In this document: piece after piece, positions 39,498-50,067 of the stretch
Numbering within the stretch: position 1 is the first letter of the stretch
How the letters are laid out: each line of letters starts with the position of its first letter
Source of the DNA: Nitrosopumilus sp.
GTDB lineage: Archaea > Thermoproteota > Nitrososphaeria > Nitrososphaerales > Nitrosopumilaceae
Reading direction: 5' to 3'
Length of the DNA: 64,000 nt
Assembly: GCA_965205425.1 (NCBI GenBank)
Contig: CBDBGZ010000009.1
Span: 864,001-928,000, forward strand
Position numbers and translations under genes: made by a program
Notes under the pieces: model-generated
Database searches by the model: none
Told to the model about the DNA's origin: nothing
What the model saw: the letters and a program-made list of their open reading frames with translations, nothing else

Positions 39498-41771
39498 TTA
39501 GTTGCAGATATTTTTGGTTGATTTTTCAATAGTGTCATATATTTTGATTTTGTCAGGTAGCAAAATATCATTTTTCTGCATAAAAGATATTCTTCTCTTG
39601 ATGTATGCTTTTCTGATTTTTGTATCTGCATTTATCTGAGAACTTGTGTTGTTCCCATGTATGATACTACAAAGAATGGATGCATCATAAGAGTGTATTT
39701 TGACATTATGTGTTTTTTTTATTTCAGTTTTGATCTTTTTCCAACATTTAACATTCTTATGATGCCATGAAGACAATTGCAACAATCCATCATACATAAA
39801 CTTGGAGATGTAAAAGATCACAGCCATCTCGATTGTAAACATCAGTCCAAATACGACAAATATTTGAGTCCAATAATCTTTGATGTATTTTAGTTCTGGA
39901 TATACTGCAGAATGATCATTTGATGTAATCATGATGTTAGTTGTGTTGTAATTACTTGATTTTGGAAAATCAATTATACAAAACACATTAGTGGACATTC
40001 TTTTGAATTCAACTGATATTGTATCGTTGTTGTGAAATACACTGCCTTCTATACAACCTGTGTCGTAACTGTCTAGAGTTTTGAAGTAAAATCTCCAAGA
40101 TATTCTAAAGAATAATCATGAAAGTTTAATCCTCGTAATCTGCATGTCTCCTTTATACTCATCAGTATCTTATGAGAATCGGCACCATGAATGGTTCTAT
40201 GACCGTTTGTAATTTTACGAATTATCACATTTGGTCTGATTGCCCTCTCTGCTGTGTTATTGTGTGAATCAGTTCCAGTAATTAGGAATGTAAAAAGCAT
40301 TTTTCTCTCACGTTTCAATCTTTTTACAAACCTGATACAGTTTTTCTCTGTGTATTTTTTTGATATGATGTGATTAATTCTCCTTTCAAGATTCTTTTTT
40401 GCATGGATTCTTTCTGATTCTGATTTTATTTTTGCCACACCATGAGAGTCATAAATTATTTTCTTGAGATTCTTGGCAAATGGTGCAAATTCTGGTCCGG
40501 GATTCTTGTGATTAATGGTATCATTAACCTCTCTGAGATAATGGATGTGACATTTCTGGTGAGTTGTTCCAACATGGTTCCATGCAGGGTACGAATCACT
40601 TGTAATGTTGCCATTATACTCCTTGAGAATTCTCTTGGGAACATCCATTGAACGTGATTTGTCAATCTCGTAAATTACAGTCCATTTACTCACAAATGCC
40701 CACAACCAGTGGTTCTGGCCATCTATCCTCCAACTTGTCTCATCACCATGTATGTTTAGATCTTCTTTTAACTCTACAATCATTGTATCATATCTGCTCC
40801 CAAATGCTTTTGATACTATTGATACTGCATGATTAATTGCAGATTCTGTAATGTGCAGTGAGAAGAGCATCTGCAAAAGATGAGATATTTTACCATACGA
40901 TAATCCGATAGTTTTTAGTGATGTGATTAGCACCATGAGCCTAATTCCAAACCTTTCATTTGACAGTACAGTGTGAATGTTACCCGAGATTTGTTTTTTG
41001 CAGTTTGTGCAGTATCGTCTAACTATCGTATATTTTGTCACAACTGCTTTTGCAGGAATGATGTCTTCTACTATTCTGGTGTATGAATCAGTTGGTTCTG
41101 AGAGTGATTTGCCACATGTGTTGCACTCTTTTTGGTCAACTGTAATGGCATCATCAATGTGTGCCCGTCTGCTTCTGCTTTTTCTAGGATGTCTTGATGT
41201 TTTCTTCTTTTTTGCAGTTTCAGTCTGGTTTGGTTTTGCTTTGATATTTCTTGCAACAAGTGTAGACACTGTTTGTTTTAGTTCTGCAATTTCTCTGTGT
41301 AGTGATTCAATATCTTTGCGTAACTGACGGTTTTCTTGCTCCAACGAGTGACATCTGTTACGATAATATTCCAGCTCATCATATACTGACAATTGTATAT
41401 TGTAATTTGTCACTGATCAGAAAAGATATAGATAAAAAATATTAAAGAAAGTACTTCAAAACTCTAGACAGTTACCCTGTGTCAACTATTGTAATTTCTG
41501 AATCGAATTGCATATGTGCCATGACATCCTTTGCCTGAACTAATCCTGTGTTTTTTAGGGTTATTGCAGACATTTTCTCAGAGTTTTCATAATATTTTTT
41601 CTCGGCATCAAAATCAGTCAACAGTTCTGTTGAAAATGAATTTGACGTTAAAATTACAGTTGCAACAGGTATGATTATTGCAGCTAATGTCTTTGCATCC
41701 ATCTCATAGTTTTGTTGTTTCATCTTTATTGTTCTTTTTGTTTGTCTTTTGGGTAATTTGGTTTCCCCCAA
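39498..41771 (-). pseudogene. Membrane/surface protein gene interrupted by IS66
   Basis: Removing the IS and one TSD joins ...ITIVDTG to CIEGSVFHNNDTISVEFKRMSTN in frame. Confidence 0.8.
40065..41475 (-). mobile_element. IS66-family element with a single transposase ORF (40073-41413)
   Basis: Perfect 24-bp IR GTAACTGTCTAGAGTTTTGAAGTA; 8-bp TSD CCTGTGTC; HGDETSW, SDSYPAW, QKCHIH, NNTAERAIR. Confidence 0.95.
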
Positions 41772-41977
41772 TCAAGTATCCTTTTTTTGTAATTGGCATG
41801 GTTATACTTTATTGCATCAGAAAGACCAGTGTCTGGATTGTTTTTTCTTAACTGAATATAGTGATATGTAAAATAGTCTGACTCGTCTTCTTTTTTCTTG
41901 TATTGTTTCCGATACCACACAGTAGCAACTGCAAAAAAGATCATAAATCCCATCAGAATGTATGTAATGTCCGTCAT
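41726..41977 (-). CDS. Small membrane-anchored protein
   Basis: N-terminal TM followed by a charged tail. Confidence 0.55.
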   Translation of the reverse strand: MTDITYILMGFMIFFAVATVWYRKQYKKKEDESDYFTYHYIQLRKNNPDTGLSDAIKYNHANYKKRILDWGKPNYPKDKQKEQ

Positions 41978-42019
41978 TGTGTTAACAGAAATACTTTCTC
42001 AACTGTTCAATAATTCTAG

Positions 42020-42098
42020 TAATGCATGTCATTCCAGCAGGACTCATGATAGTATCTCTTGTGTGACTTTGACTGGGAAATGTACAGAGAGTCTCCAA
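42020..42098. repeat. About 80-bp direct repeat with 39408-39487, encoding a degenerate zinc-finger tail (IGD.LYISQSKSHKRY.HESCWNDMHY)
   Basis: TAATGCATGTCATTCCAGCAGGACTCATGAT... at both sites. Confidence 0.8.
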
Positions 42099-42250
42099 TG
42101 TTAAATGATTTGTCACACTTTTGACATGACATGGTGTTATAGTGTTTTTTCTGTGTATGTGTGCGGATTGTACTAGTACGGCTTCCTGACATGGTATGAT
42201 ATTTGAATAGTTTATCATGTTATTTTTAGTTGTATTTTGTATTGTTGAGA

Positions 42251-42634
42251 TTATCTCTCTTCAATGAATCTTAATGTAGATTCAGCTACATCTGAGGTTA
42301 CATTGAGCATAATTTCAATGTCATCTGATGTTTGCTGCATGTCAAGTAACAATACCTGAAAATCTGCAAGCCACGTATTTGTTGGAAATTCATCACTGTC
42401 TTTTGGAGGAGCATATTTTATCATATCTACAAAATTCGATGTCACCTGTTCTAGATTTGCAATGAGCTCTTTGACATGTTCTCCAAGATCAGGTGCAAAC
42501 TTTGTTATAATCTCACACTGGGTAGAAAAATCAGATATCCGTTTTAGGTGGATTTGATGCATTTGTGTGCAGAACATTTTGTATTTTGCCAAATCCATGT
42601 CTTGCAGTTTGTCTGATTCGTACATTTCTTTCAT
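42251..42634 (-). CDS. Hypothetical helical protein, probably 5'-disrupted
   Basis: 127-aa ORF next to the IS481 insertion site. Confidence 0.45.
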   Translation of the reverse strand: MKEMYESDKLQDMDLAKYKMFCTQMHQIHLKRISDFSTQCEIITKFAPDLGEHVKELIANLEQVTSNFVDMIKYAPPKDSDEFPTNTWLADFQVLLLDMQQTSDDIEIMLNVTSDVAESTLRFIEER

Positions 42635-42794
42635 ATCTTCATAAGCATACCCTGCATTATCTATATGCTGTTGGATATCAAATCATCAAGTTGTGATGTG
42701 TACGCATTCATCAGTCTGATTCTTTTTTGTATTTTGCCCACAAATGGTATTGATTTTCGTGGTCTTTTTAAGTGAGTGTGTAACGTGCCATGAT

Positions 42795-43836
42795 TGTTCT
42801 TTCCAGAAATTATTTCGTGTCACTTTCATGAGTAATTCCTCCATAGAATGCTTGGGTCTATGAGTATTTCGTTTGTTATCATCTTGGAGTGATACGCATC
42901 AGATGGTGTCTCCATGTTATCCAAGTCTAGTGCGCCATGAACTCTAATGTGATTGTACCAATGCATAAACTGCTCCACTGACTCAAAGTATTCTATTTTA
43001 CACTCAAAGATATCCCAGAACTTTTCTAGCTTACCATTTGTTTGTGGATGTCTCACTCTTGTACGAGAGTGCTTTACGTGATGTCTCATTAGTTGCTGCT
43101 CAAAGTCTACTGGCTTGTTATGATCAAGAGTATTGACATTTGATGTGAACTGTTTTCCATTATCAGATAGTACGGATGCTGGTCTACCGTGATTCTTTAT
43201 TGCATCAGATAGTACTGCAGAAGAATTCACAGATGTTGCCTCATCATACACTCCGAAACCCGTGATAAATCGTGAGGCATCATCTTCAAATGCAATTAGT
43301 TGTTTTCCTGCCCAGCGTGAATCATGTATTGTGTGCCAGTCAGTATGCCACAGTGAATTTGAATATTCACGTTCATACCTGATCCACTTTCTTCTCATCT
43401 TTTTCCGTGGTTGCTCAACTGATAATCCTTCATCTAGCATAATCTTGTGGATGCGATTGTGGTTTATCTTGGTATTGTACAATTTTGATATGATTTTCTC
43501 AAGGTATAGTGCGTTTGTATGAAATTTTTCTTGAACTTGTTTGACTAGCTCTATCTCGTGTACAGTGACTGGCTTTTTTGGACGCCCTGGTCTTTTGAGT
43601 GTGGGAATCTTTTTGGTTTTTTTGTACTGAGAGTAGACTTGTTGTACTCTTCTAGGCGTTATCTTGAGGATTACTGAAATATCTAAATTCTTGACTTTTT
43701 CATTTTTAGATTGTATAATCCACCTGATCTTATTCTCATCTAACTTTACCATAGGTATGCCACGATACCCACGCATACGATAGTATGGGAATGATGCTCT
43801 CCTAGTTAAGGGGTGAAATAATTTCCGGAAAAGATA
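42795..43836 (-). mobile_element. Second IS481-family element (distinct transposase ending at 42826)
   Basis: IRs TGTTCTTTCCAGAAATTATTTC / TATCTTTTCCGGAAATTATTTC; 15-bp TSD GTAACGTGCCATGAT; WHTDWH, LSDNG, PQTNGKLEK. Confidence 0.92.
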
Positions 43837-43881
43837 GTAACGTGCCATGATTATTGATTTGAATAACTTCAAGGCTCATTT

Positions 43882-44763
43882 TTAGATGTATTTTGTTTTA
43901 GCGTATTTGCATACACTGCGTCTTAGATTTAACATATCCAGTATCTCATGCCATTGTCGCTTGATTTTTTGAATTGTTTCTGGATGAATGTTGCAGTTTT
44001 TAGCAATCATGTGTAATGTATCAGGCTCGTAACGATGCAAAGAGTAATGCGATATGTATAGTGCAGTACCTACAAGTACTATTGGATCCTTGCTTGATGT
44101 AAGGCCTTTTTTTCTGGCATGGTTAATTATACATTGTGCTAACTCTATCTCTTTTTTTGAGAATTTCATATCAATGGCGTGTCTGTATAGTAATTTTTCT
44201 GTGAATTGTGTATAGTCAGTTGTAACATGAAATTCTTGTTTTAGTAACCAGAAATACTTGTTGAATAAGTTCTTGTTTGTCACACCAAAATCTGTTATGA
44301 ATTGCCTTCTAAGATACTTGTTTTGGGATATCTCATATGCAAAAAATATGATTGCCTTTTGGAATGAATCTTTTTTGGCATTTGTATCCAATAACCTCTT
44401 TGTTGATTTTTTACTTAGATGATATGCAATATTTTGAATGGATTTTGGAACCTGTCTGGAATCAAATATTTTTTCTAATGTTTTGAAATTAGCATAAATC
44501 CGAGCATCCTTGCTGTCTTGTATACGGAGTCTGCTCTGCCACACGTTGATTTTAAATGACTTTTTGCTACTCATATTTGCCACACTTCCCATGGCACCGT
44601 CATGGTGAGATGATGTCGTGCTATTCCAGTGAATCTTGCTTTCATTATCCTGGGTTGTGACTCCTCTATCTGATGGAATGGTTTTACCCAATACCATGCC
44701 ACAACATGCACATATTCTCTCTGCTGTGCTGTGATCCTCAATTATTGTTTGCAGGTGTTTCAT
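43882..44763 (-). CDS. Second, highly divergent TFIIB/TFB-like protein
   Basis: IIEDHSTAERICACCGMVL ribbon, HDGAMGS, WQSRLR, SKDPIVLVGTALYI, C-terminal HTH; ATG at 44763 inferred. Confidence 0.78.
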   Translation of the reverse strand: MKHLQTIIEDHSTAERICACCGMVLGKTIPSDRGVTTQDNESKIHWNSTTSSHHDGAMGSVANMSSKKSFKINVWQSRLRIQDSKDARIYANFKTLEKIFDSRQVPKSIQNIAYHLSKKSTKRLLDTNAKKDSFQKAIIFFAYEISQNKYLRRQFITDFGVTNKNLFNKYFWLLKQEFHVTTDYTQFTEKLLYRHAIDMKFSKKEIELAQCIINHARKKGLTSSKDPIVLVGTALYISHYSLHRYEPDTLHMIAKNCNIHPETIQKIKRQWHEILDMLNLRRSVCKYAKTKYI

Positions 44764-44779
44764 TGTATAAACTCTGAAT

Positions 44780-45538
44780 TCAGATTCCCCATCTACAATG
44801 TTCACAGCAAAACCACCTGTGAACATGACATTTTGTTTTCTTTGGACTAGTTGATTTGGAATTGCATTGAGGACAAAAGTTGATTGCCTTTTCAGGTTTT
44901 ACTCCTGAAGGCATTAGTCTTTGACCTCTCAAAAGAAAATATGCCCTGTTTACTGAGAGTTCATTGTTTCTGCATTTGTCTAGTGATTCTTTAGAGGCAA
45001 ATTTTTTCAAATAGTATACTTGACTGATTATGGTGTTACCCAATCCAACTTTCTTGCCATATAGTGAAACAGCATTTCCTTCCTTGATCTTCTTTTTTAT
45101 TTTCACAAGCTTGCCTTTTTTGTTTGTGACTGCTAGTTCAGGTTGATTTTTTCGCCAATCTGCCCTCTCTTTTGCACGTTTTTGTTCAATCTCAAAGAGA
45201 GGCCATGACAGTTCTGCTTTTTGGAATCTGTTTAGATGTCTTCTTGCCAGATTAGTCATTACGACAAATTTTCTCTCTGCTGTTTCATCTGGAAATGACT
45301 TTGTCTTAGTTGGAATGTCAGTTATTCCCAATTCCAGGCATATTTCATACCTTGTGTGACCATCTAGAATGAATCCATCACGATTAAGAATAATTGGAAT
45401 TTGCACTCCGTTTTTGATGATTGATTTCTTTAGCTTTGCCCTATCCTCAATGTTTGATCTGGGAACCAATTCGTAGTAAGCTGCGTTTATTCTTATTTGT
45501 TTTTGCACAGTTTCTGACACTAGTATCCCCATCCGCAT
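44780..45538 (-). CDS. ParB/Srx-domain protein with a C-terminal Cys/His-rich domain
   Basis: LKKSI.KNG...PII, LDGHTRY, NLARRHL; CPQC..CHVH...CCEHCRWG. Confidence 0.8.
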   Translation of the reverse strand: MRMGILVSETVQKQIRINAAYYELVPRSNIEDRAKLKKSIIKNGVQIPIILNRDGFILDGHTRYEICLELGITDIPTKTKSFPDETAERKFVVMTNLARRHLNRFQKAELSWPLFEIEQKRAKERADWRKNQPELAVTNKKGKLVKIKKKIKEGNAVSLYGKKVGLGNTIISQVYYLKKFASKESLDKCRNNELSVNRAYFLLRGQRLMPSGVKPEKAINFCPQCNSKSTSPKKTKCHVHRWFCCEHCRWGI

Positions 45539-46242
45539 TTGGTACAGCAGGCTTTATCATGCACATGGCAATTGGTTTTCTTATTTGGTGTCATACGGGA
45601 ATTGCAGTTAAGACAGTTGGGATATGAAAGATATTTTCTGCCTTCTGCCCTGTAATCCGCAGCAGTTTTGTAGTCTGGTTTTTTCAGCAAAACATAAGCT
45701 GCGGCAATCGTAATCTCTTCTCTTCTTAGTTTTATCTTGTATTCTTCTGGGGCATGAATTAACAGCCATGTCAACTGATGGCATACTGAAGCGCTACTTC
45801 CTATGATTTTTGCAAATCTTTGAAGCAGTCTTTCTTTTTTGCCGTTTGTTGTTGTGTTTGATTCGATTCCAGTTCTTCTTAGTTGCCATGCGGCAGCACC
45901 TCCCTGACTTTGGCTTTTTTTCTTTTCAGATTTCCACCAAGAAAACAAAATTTCCCCACGTTCAAATAATGTTAATTGTCTTCTGTTGAGATTTGCAGAT
46001 ATTACAAACTCTTTTTCTTTTTTACGTGAGGGAAATTTTTTGATTGTATATTTTGGAATCAATCCTAGTTCATTGCAAATATTGAATCTAGTGTGACCAT
46101 CTAGAATAACTCCCTCAGAGTTTGCAATTATTGATACTTGCTGTCCATCCTGCATTATTGAATGCTTTAGCATGTTTAGCTGAATTTTGTCAGGTCTTGG
46201 AACCAGTTCCAGGTATTCAGGATTGATTTTTAACTTTAGCAT
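45520..46242 (-). CDS. ParB/Srx-domain protein, tandem paralogue
   Basis: LDGHTRF, NLNRRQL; CLNC..CHVH...CCTKCGWG. Confidence 0.8.
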   Translation of the reverse strand: MLKLKINPEYLELVPRPDKIQLNMLKHSIMQDGQQVSIIANSEGVILDGHTRFNICNELGLIPKYTIKKFPSRKKEKEFVISANLNRRQLTLFERGEILFSWWKSEKKKSQSQGGAAAWQLRRTGIESNTTTNGKKERLLQRFAKIIGSSASVCHQLTWLLIHAPEEYKIKLRREEITIAAAYVLLKKPDYKTAADYRAEGRKYLSYPNCLNCNSRMTPNKKTNCHVHDKACCTKCGWGY

Positions 46243-46506
46243 TATTTTTTGTTATCTTTTAGTTTTTTCTTGCACCAGCAATTAGATGAGCATTTCTCTT
46301 TTTTATCAGTAAAACGTTCTTTCAGGGTCAAGTTCGGCAGATTGAATCCTTGAACTTTTCTGCATTTTGCTGGTATGGGCATTCCTTGCAGACATGCCAT
46401 GCTCTTCTTTTCAGTATGCCAATTACTGTGGAATAACTAATAGAGTACATCCTTCCTCCGCATGCGGGGCATGGAATCGGTATGTCTATCTGCAATTTTG
46501 TCTATT

Positions 46507-47037
46507 TTATCCCCATTGCACAGTACCGATAATCTGGTTATCTGATAGTGTTTTTCTGGCATGATGCTCCTCATGTCTTCTCTTCTGAATTGGCCATAAT
46601 GGGTCTGATGTGTCAAATGATTGGAGACACAAACTACATGTCTTTGTTTTGCCAGGCTGTACGATCTCAGATGCATCTGAATCCTCATCATGTCCTTTTT
46701 GCAATTCTGAGACCATCTTGATATTTCGCTCCATGTTTTTATAGACTCTTTTTCGTTTCTCTATTGATTCTACTGCTATTATTTTTTTTGGGTACTCTGT
46801 TATTTTGTATACTATTCTATAGTTCCAGTTGTCCGGATCCAGTCTGTATGACCAGTATCCTCTCAACTTCCCTTCTAGTTTTTTGAATTTGTATGGATCT
46901 TTTTTTATTTTCTGTAAGCATGTGTCTATTTTTTCTTTTGATATTGTTGTTTTCCTGGGTATTTTTTCATAGTCTCTTCTGGCACGTCGCTCTAGTTTGA
47001 TAGTATATCCCGAAGCTCTTTCTTTGCTTCTCTCCAT
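46507..47037 (-). CDS. RelE/ParE-family toxin with a C-terminal zinc-finger extension
   Basis: KKLEGKLRGYWSYRL...YRIVYKI...KRKRVYK, then CSLC..H..H. Confidence 0.78.
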   Translation of the reverse strand: MERSKERASGYTIKLERRARRDYEKIPRKTTISKEKIDTCLQKIKKDPYKFKKLEGKLRGYWSYRLDPDNWNYRIVYKITEYPKKIIAVESIEKRKRVYKNMERNIKMVSELQKGHDEDSDASEIVQPGKTKTCSLCLQSFDTSDPLWPIQKRRHEEHHARKTLSDNQIIGTVQWG

Positions 47038-47483
47038 TCCATGATATTTACATCCAACTCTTTTTTATTTTTTGATATCTTTTCTAGGAAATGTTCATGT
47101 CCATTTATTGCATTAATCATTTGTAATGTAGAGTCAAGTTGTTGCTTTGAATAAAATATCCTTGCACCTTTTCGCATGATTTTGATTCTTTGAGAATAAT
47201 CCATATCATCCACGTCTAAAATATCCTCATCTTCAAAACCATCTTGCTTTGAGGCATCCTCCAATGATACATACTGAATACTTTTTGGATCTTCTTTGAG
47301 ATGTATGAGATGCTGCATGAAATTGCCATTTGTGACTATATCTATTACGTCCATCATATCTGAGATCTTTTTCTCCTTGATGGATTTTTGTGTACTGGCC
47401 ATCATCATCATTTGCGAGTCTTTTTTACTGTCATTTGATAACTCCTTTGAATTATTTGGGATGGAAACTTTGGACTCTGTCAT
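46992..47483 (-). CDS. Acidic protein, probable antitoxin
   Basis: Directly upstream of and overlapping the RelE gene; acidic. Confidence 0.5.
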   Translation of the reverse strand: MTESKVSIPNNSKELSNDSKKDSQMMMMASTQKSIKEKKISDMMDVIDIVTNGNFMQHLIHLKEDPKSIQYVSLEDASKQDGFEDEDILDVDDMDYSQRIKIMRKGARIFYSKQQLDSTLQMINAINGHEHFLEKISKNKKELDVNIMEWREAKKELRDILSN

Positions 47484-47902
47484 GGAATTAACGCAACTCT
47501 ATTTCTGTACTGCATTTGAGGCACTTCCTGACTTGAGGCAAACTGTTTTTTGAATAGCATCCCTGATGTTGCCGGCAATTCCTGCACATTGCACTAATTA
47601 ATCCACATCTTTTATGTGAGAACAATTCTGCATTATGGTTTTTTCTTATTTGTGAGTTGTATATTTGCAAATTTTCTAGTCTGAGAATTCCTTGTTTTCT
47701 TTAAGTAATTGTGATTGTAATTTTTTGACTTTATACATGGAATTGACATCAATTGTTACTGCAAATCTTTCTGGACCTGCATCATCTTTTTTTATCATCT
47801 ATTCGTGGCAATGTTAGTGATAGTTGTCCGAATCTGTTAGTGATGGTTTTTAGTTTCAGCTCGTGTCTTGGGGTGGTGTTTGTCTGTATGCCACGATGGG
47901 TC

Positions 47903-48097
47903 TCAATCAAGGGGCTCACCCACAAAATGATTTAAAAAAGCAGTAATCTCTTCTTCACGTCTTTGGGCAATCCATAGAGATTCTTTAGTGGAACATTCCA
48001 CTATATCTCTTAGTAAAATTTTAAGATTTTTCATTTGTTTTTTTGAGATTAGTATTTGTTCATTATCGAGTTTCATGTCAAATATTGGATGATTCAT
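47903..48097 (-). CDS. Hypothetical protein
   Basis: Short ORF co-oriented with neighbours. Confidence 0.4.
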   Translation of the reverse strand: MNHPIFDMKLDNEQILISKKQMKNLKILLRDIVECSTKESLWIAQRREEEITAFLNHFVGEPLD

Positions 48098-48266
48098 TTT
48101 AACATTCAGGCCTGCCTGCTACATACACAAATTTTTGATCACATAGCTTCATTCCAGCTAGAATAGAGTTGAATTCTTGTAGTAAATCATCTTGATTATC
48201 CATAATGGTTAATCCTTTGCAGATTGTTTCGATTTCTTTTTGATTAAATTTCCACGAAGTCAATTT

Positions 48267-48827
48267 TTACAGCTTCATGTCGCATTCGACTCCATAATCT
48301 TCTCCACCACTATTATTCTCACAACAATCAGCACACCACCATTCAGGCTCATCCATGAATTTCTGAATATCTTCGTTTGGGAAATACACAGGTCGTAAAG
48401 TTAGATTAATGTTACATGCATCTTCATGGTCATTTTCGTGGTGATCATAATTTTGGCATTCTCCTTTTTTAGTTTGGCTATGGAATTTAGAATCATCAAA
48501 ATCACAGAAAGTATTTTCCCTTTCAAATCCTCTGATTAATATGTTGAATATGATACGAAGTTCTCTTTTGTTTTTTATACCAGTTAGTCCTAACGCATAT
48601 GACTCATCAAGAAATGATTCAAAGGTTTCATAGTCAAAGTCTCTAGAATATACCTTAAGCGTTGATAACTCTGTGTATATTTTTTTGAAATATGTATAGA
48701 CGTATAATTTTGGTATTATATCAGCTTTGGATAATTTGTCTGCTAGATTGATTGATTCGTCCGTGTTGACGTGATTTGCCAAAATTTGAGAAATTCTGTC
48801 GAGATCTTTTCTAGAGATGTTTTCCAT
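48267..48827 (-). CDS. Hypothetical protein with a Cys/His-rich C-terminus
   Basis: 186-aa ORF with WWCADCC; GGAG upstream. Confidence 0.55.
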   Translation of the reverse strand: MENISRKDLDRISQILANHVNTDESINLADKLSKADIIPKLYVYTYFKKIYTELSTLKVYSRDFDYETFESFLDESYALGLTGIKNKRELRIIFNILIRGFERENTFCDFDDSKFHSQTKKGECQNYDHHENDHEDACNINLTLRPVYFPNEDIQKFMDEPEWWCADCCENNSGGEDYGVECDMKL

Positions 48828-49135
48828 TATTTTTCTCCTTTGACCAAAAATATCATCTTCATCATCATACCATCTTCTATTATGATATCTATATCGGAAA
48901 TTATCCTAGACAATGTTCTCATCTCTATAATTCTAAGATTACTGATTTTATGTATATCAGTAATTGATGTCTGATTTGTACTGTATGTAATTGGAATGTA
49001 AAAGATTTTGCCACCTAGATTAGATATTGTTTTAAGAAATAGTGCTGTAGCATCAGTTGCATGTGTACAAATCAAGATTATTTTACCTTCAAATGAGTTT
49101 GGGTGTTTTTTCTGTATTGCTGAAATAATTTTCAT
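48827..49135 (-). pseudogene. Adenosylhomocysteinase-like N-terminal fragment
   Basis: FEGKIILICTHATDATALFLKTISNLGG..YST..IIEDG resembles the AhcY N-terminus but is only 102 aa. Confidence 0.55.
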
Positions 49136-49136
49136 A

Positions 49137-49829
49137 TTATTTTTTTCGTAAAATTAATTCCCATTGTGACCACATACCTGTTTTTGGAGACTCTCTTTTT
49201 GTTATACTTTCATATGGTGAAACTATATAATCAAAGTCTTGGCATAATTGATCTAGTTCTTTTTGCGAATAAAAATGGATATTAAGATCTTTTTTTGATC
49301 CTTCTACATATTGAATTGTCATACCACCATGATTGTTTGTCTCTGTAATATGATGTTTGAAATAAATATCTGTGGAAACAGAATTTACTCGCAAAAACAA
49401 TAGACCTCCAGGTTTTAGTAGTTGAGATGTTTTTTCAAAATATTCTCTAATTTGTTTTTCTGTTCCATGTTGGAATACCTGAATGGATATTATATAATCA
49501 AATAAATTTAACGAACCATATTCTAAGAAATTACAACACATTAACTGATCTGCATTTTCTGGAATTTTCTGTAACAATTGTCGTATGGCAACTTTAGATA
49601 TATCAATTCCAATAATATTCAAATTAGACTTTACTAATGGAATGTAATTTCTGCCATTACCACATCCAATATACAGGCCATTTCCTTGCGAAATATTTTG
49701 AAATTGTTGGAGAGTCTGCTTGATTTTACTAACAAATTCTATCGGAGATTCATCCTGATATCGTCCATCCTCATATTCTTTGTCCCATTTGTTGGAGATC
49801 ATGTTATTTTCTTTAATTGACATCATCAT
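49137..49829 (-). CDS. Class I SAM-dependent methyltransferase
   Basis: YIGCGNGRN, GIDIS, FDYIISIQVFQH, LKPGG. Confidence 0.9.
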   Translation of the reverse strand: MMMSIKENNMISNKWDKEYEDGRYQDESPIEFVSKIKQTLQQFQNISQGNGLYIGCGNGRNYIPLVKSNLNIIGIDISKVAIRQLLQKIPENADQLMCCNFLEYGSLNLFDYIISIQVFQHGTEKQIREYFEKTSQLLKPGGLLFLRVNSVSTDIYFKHHITETNNHGGMTIQYVEGSKKDLNIHFYSQKELDQLCQDFDYIVSPYESITKRESPKTGMWSQWELILRKK

Positions 49830-49851
49830 TCTAAAGGATTCTTGTAATGAC

Positions 49852-50067
49852 TCATTTGGATTTTATGAATTCTGATTCAGTCATTTCTTTAATTGGGTAG
49901 GCAACAATGTTGCAATGTTTGCAAAAAAGATGAAATGCTACAGTATATGGGGTGATCCATTTGCCAAAGTACCAATACTTTTTGTGATGATATTGCTCTA
50001 TTTTTGCAGGTTTTGTCTGAATCCATTTTTTATTGCATTTTGGACAGTTTGGTATAGTAAATTCCAT
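49852..50067 (-). CDS. Small zinc-ribbon protein
   Basis: CPKC...CKHC. Confidence 0.55.
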   Translation of the reverse strand: MEFTIPNCPKCNKKWIQTKPAKIEQYHHKKYWYFGKWITPYTVAFHLFCKHCNIVAYPIKEMTESEFIKSK

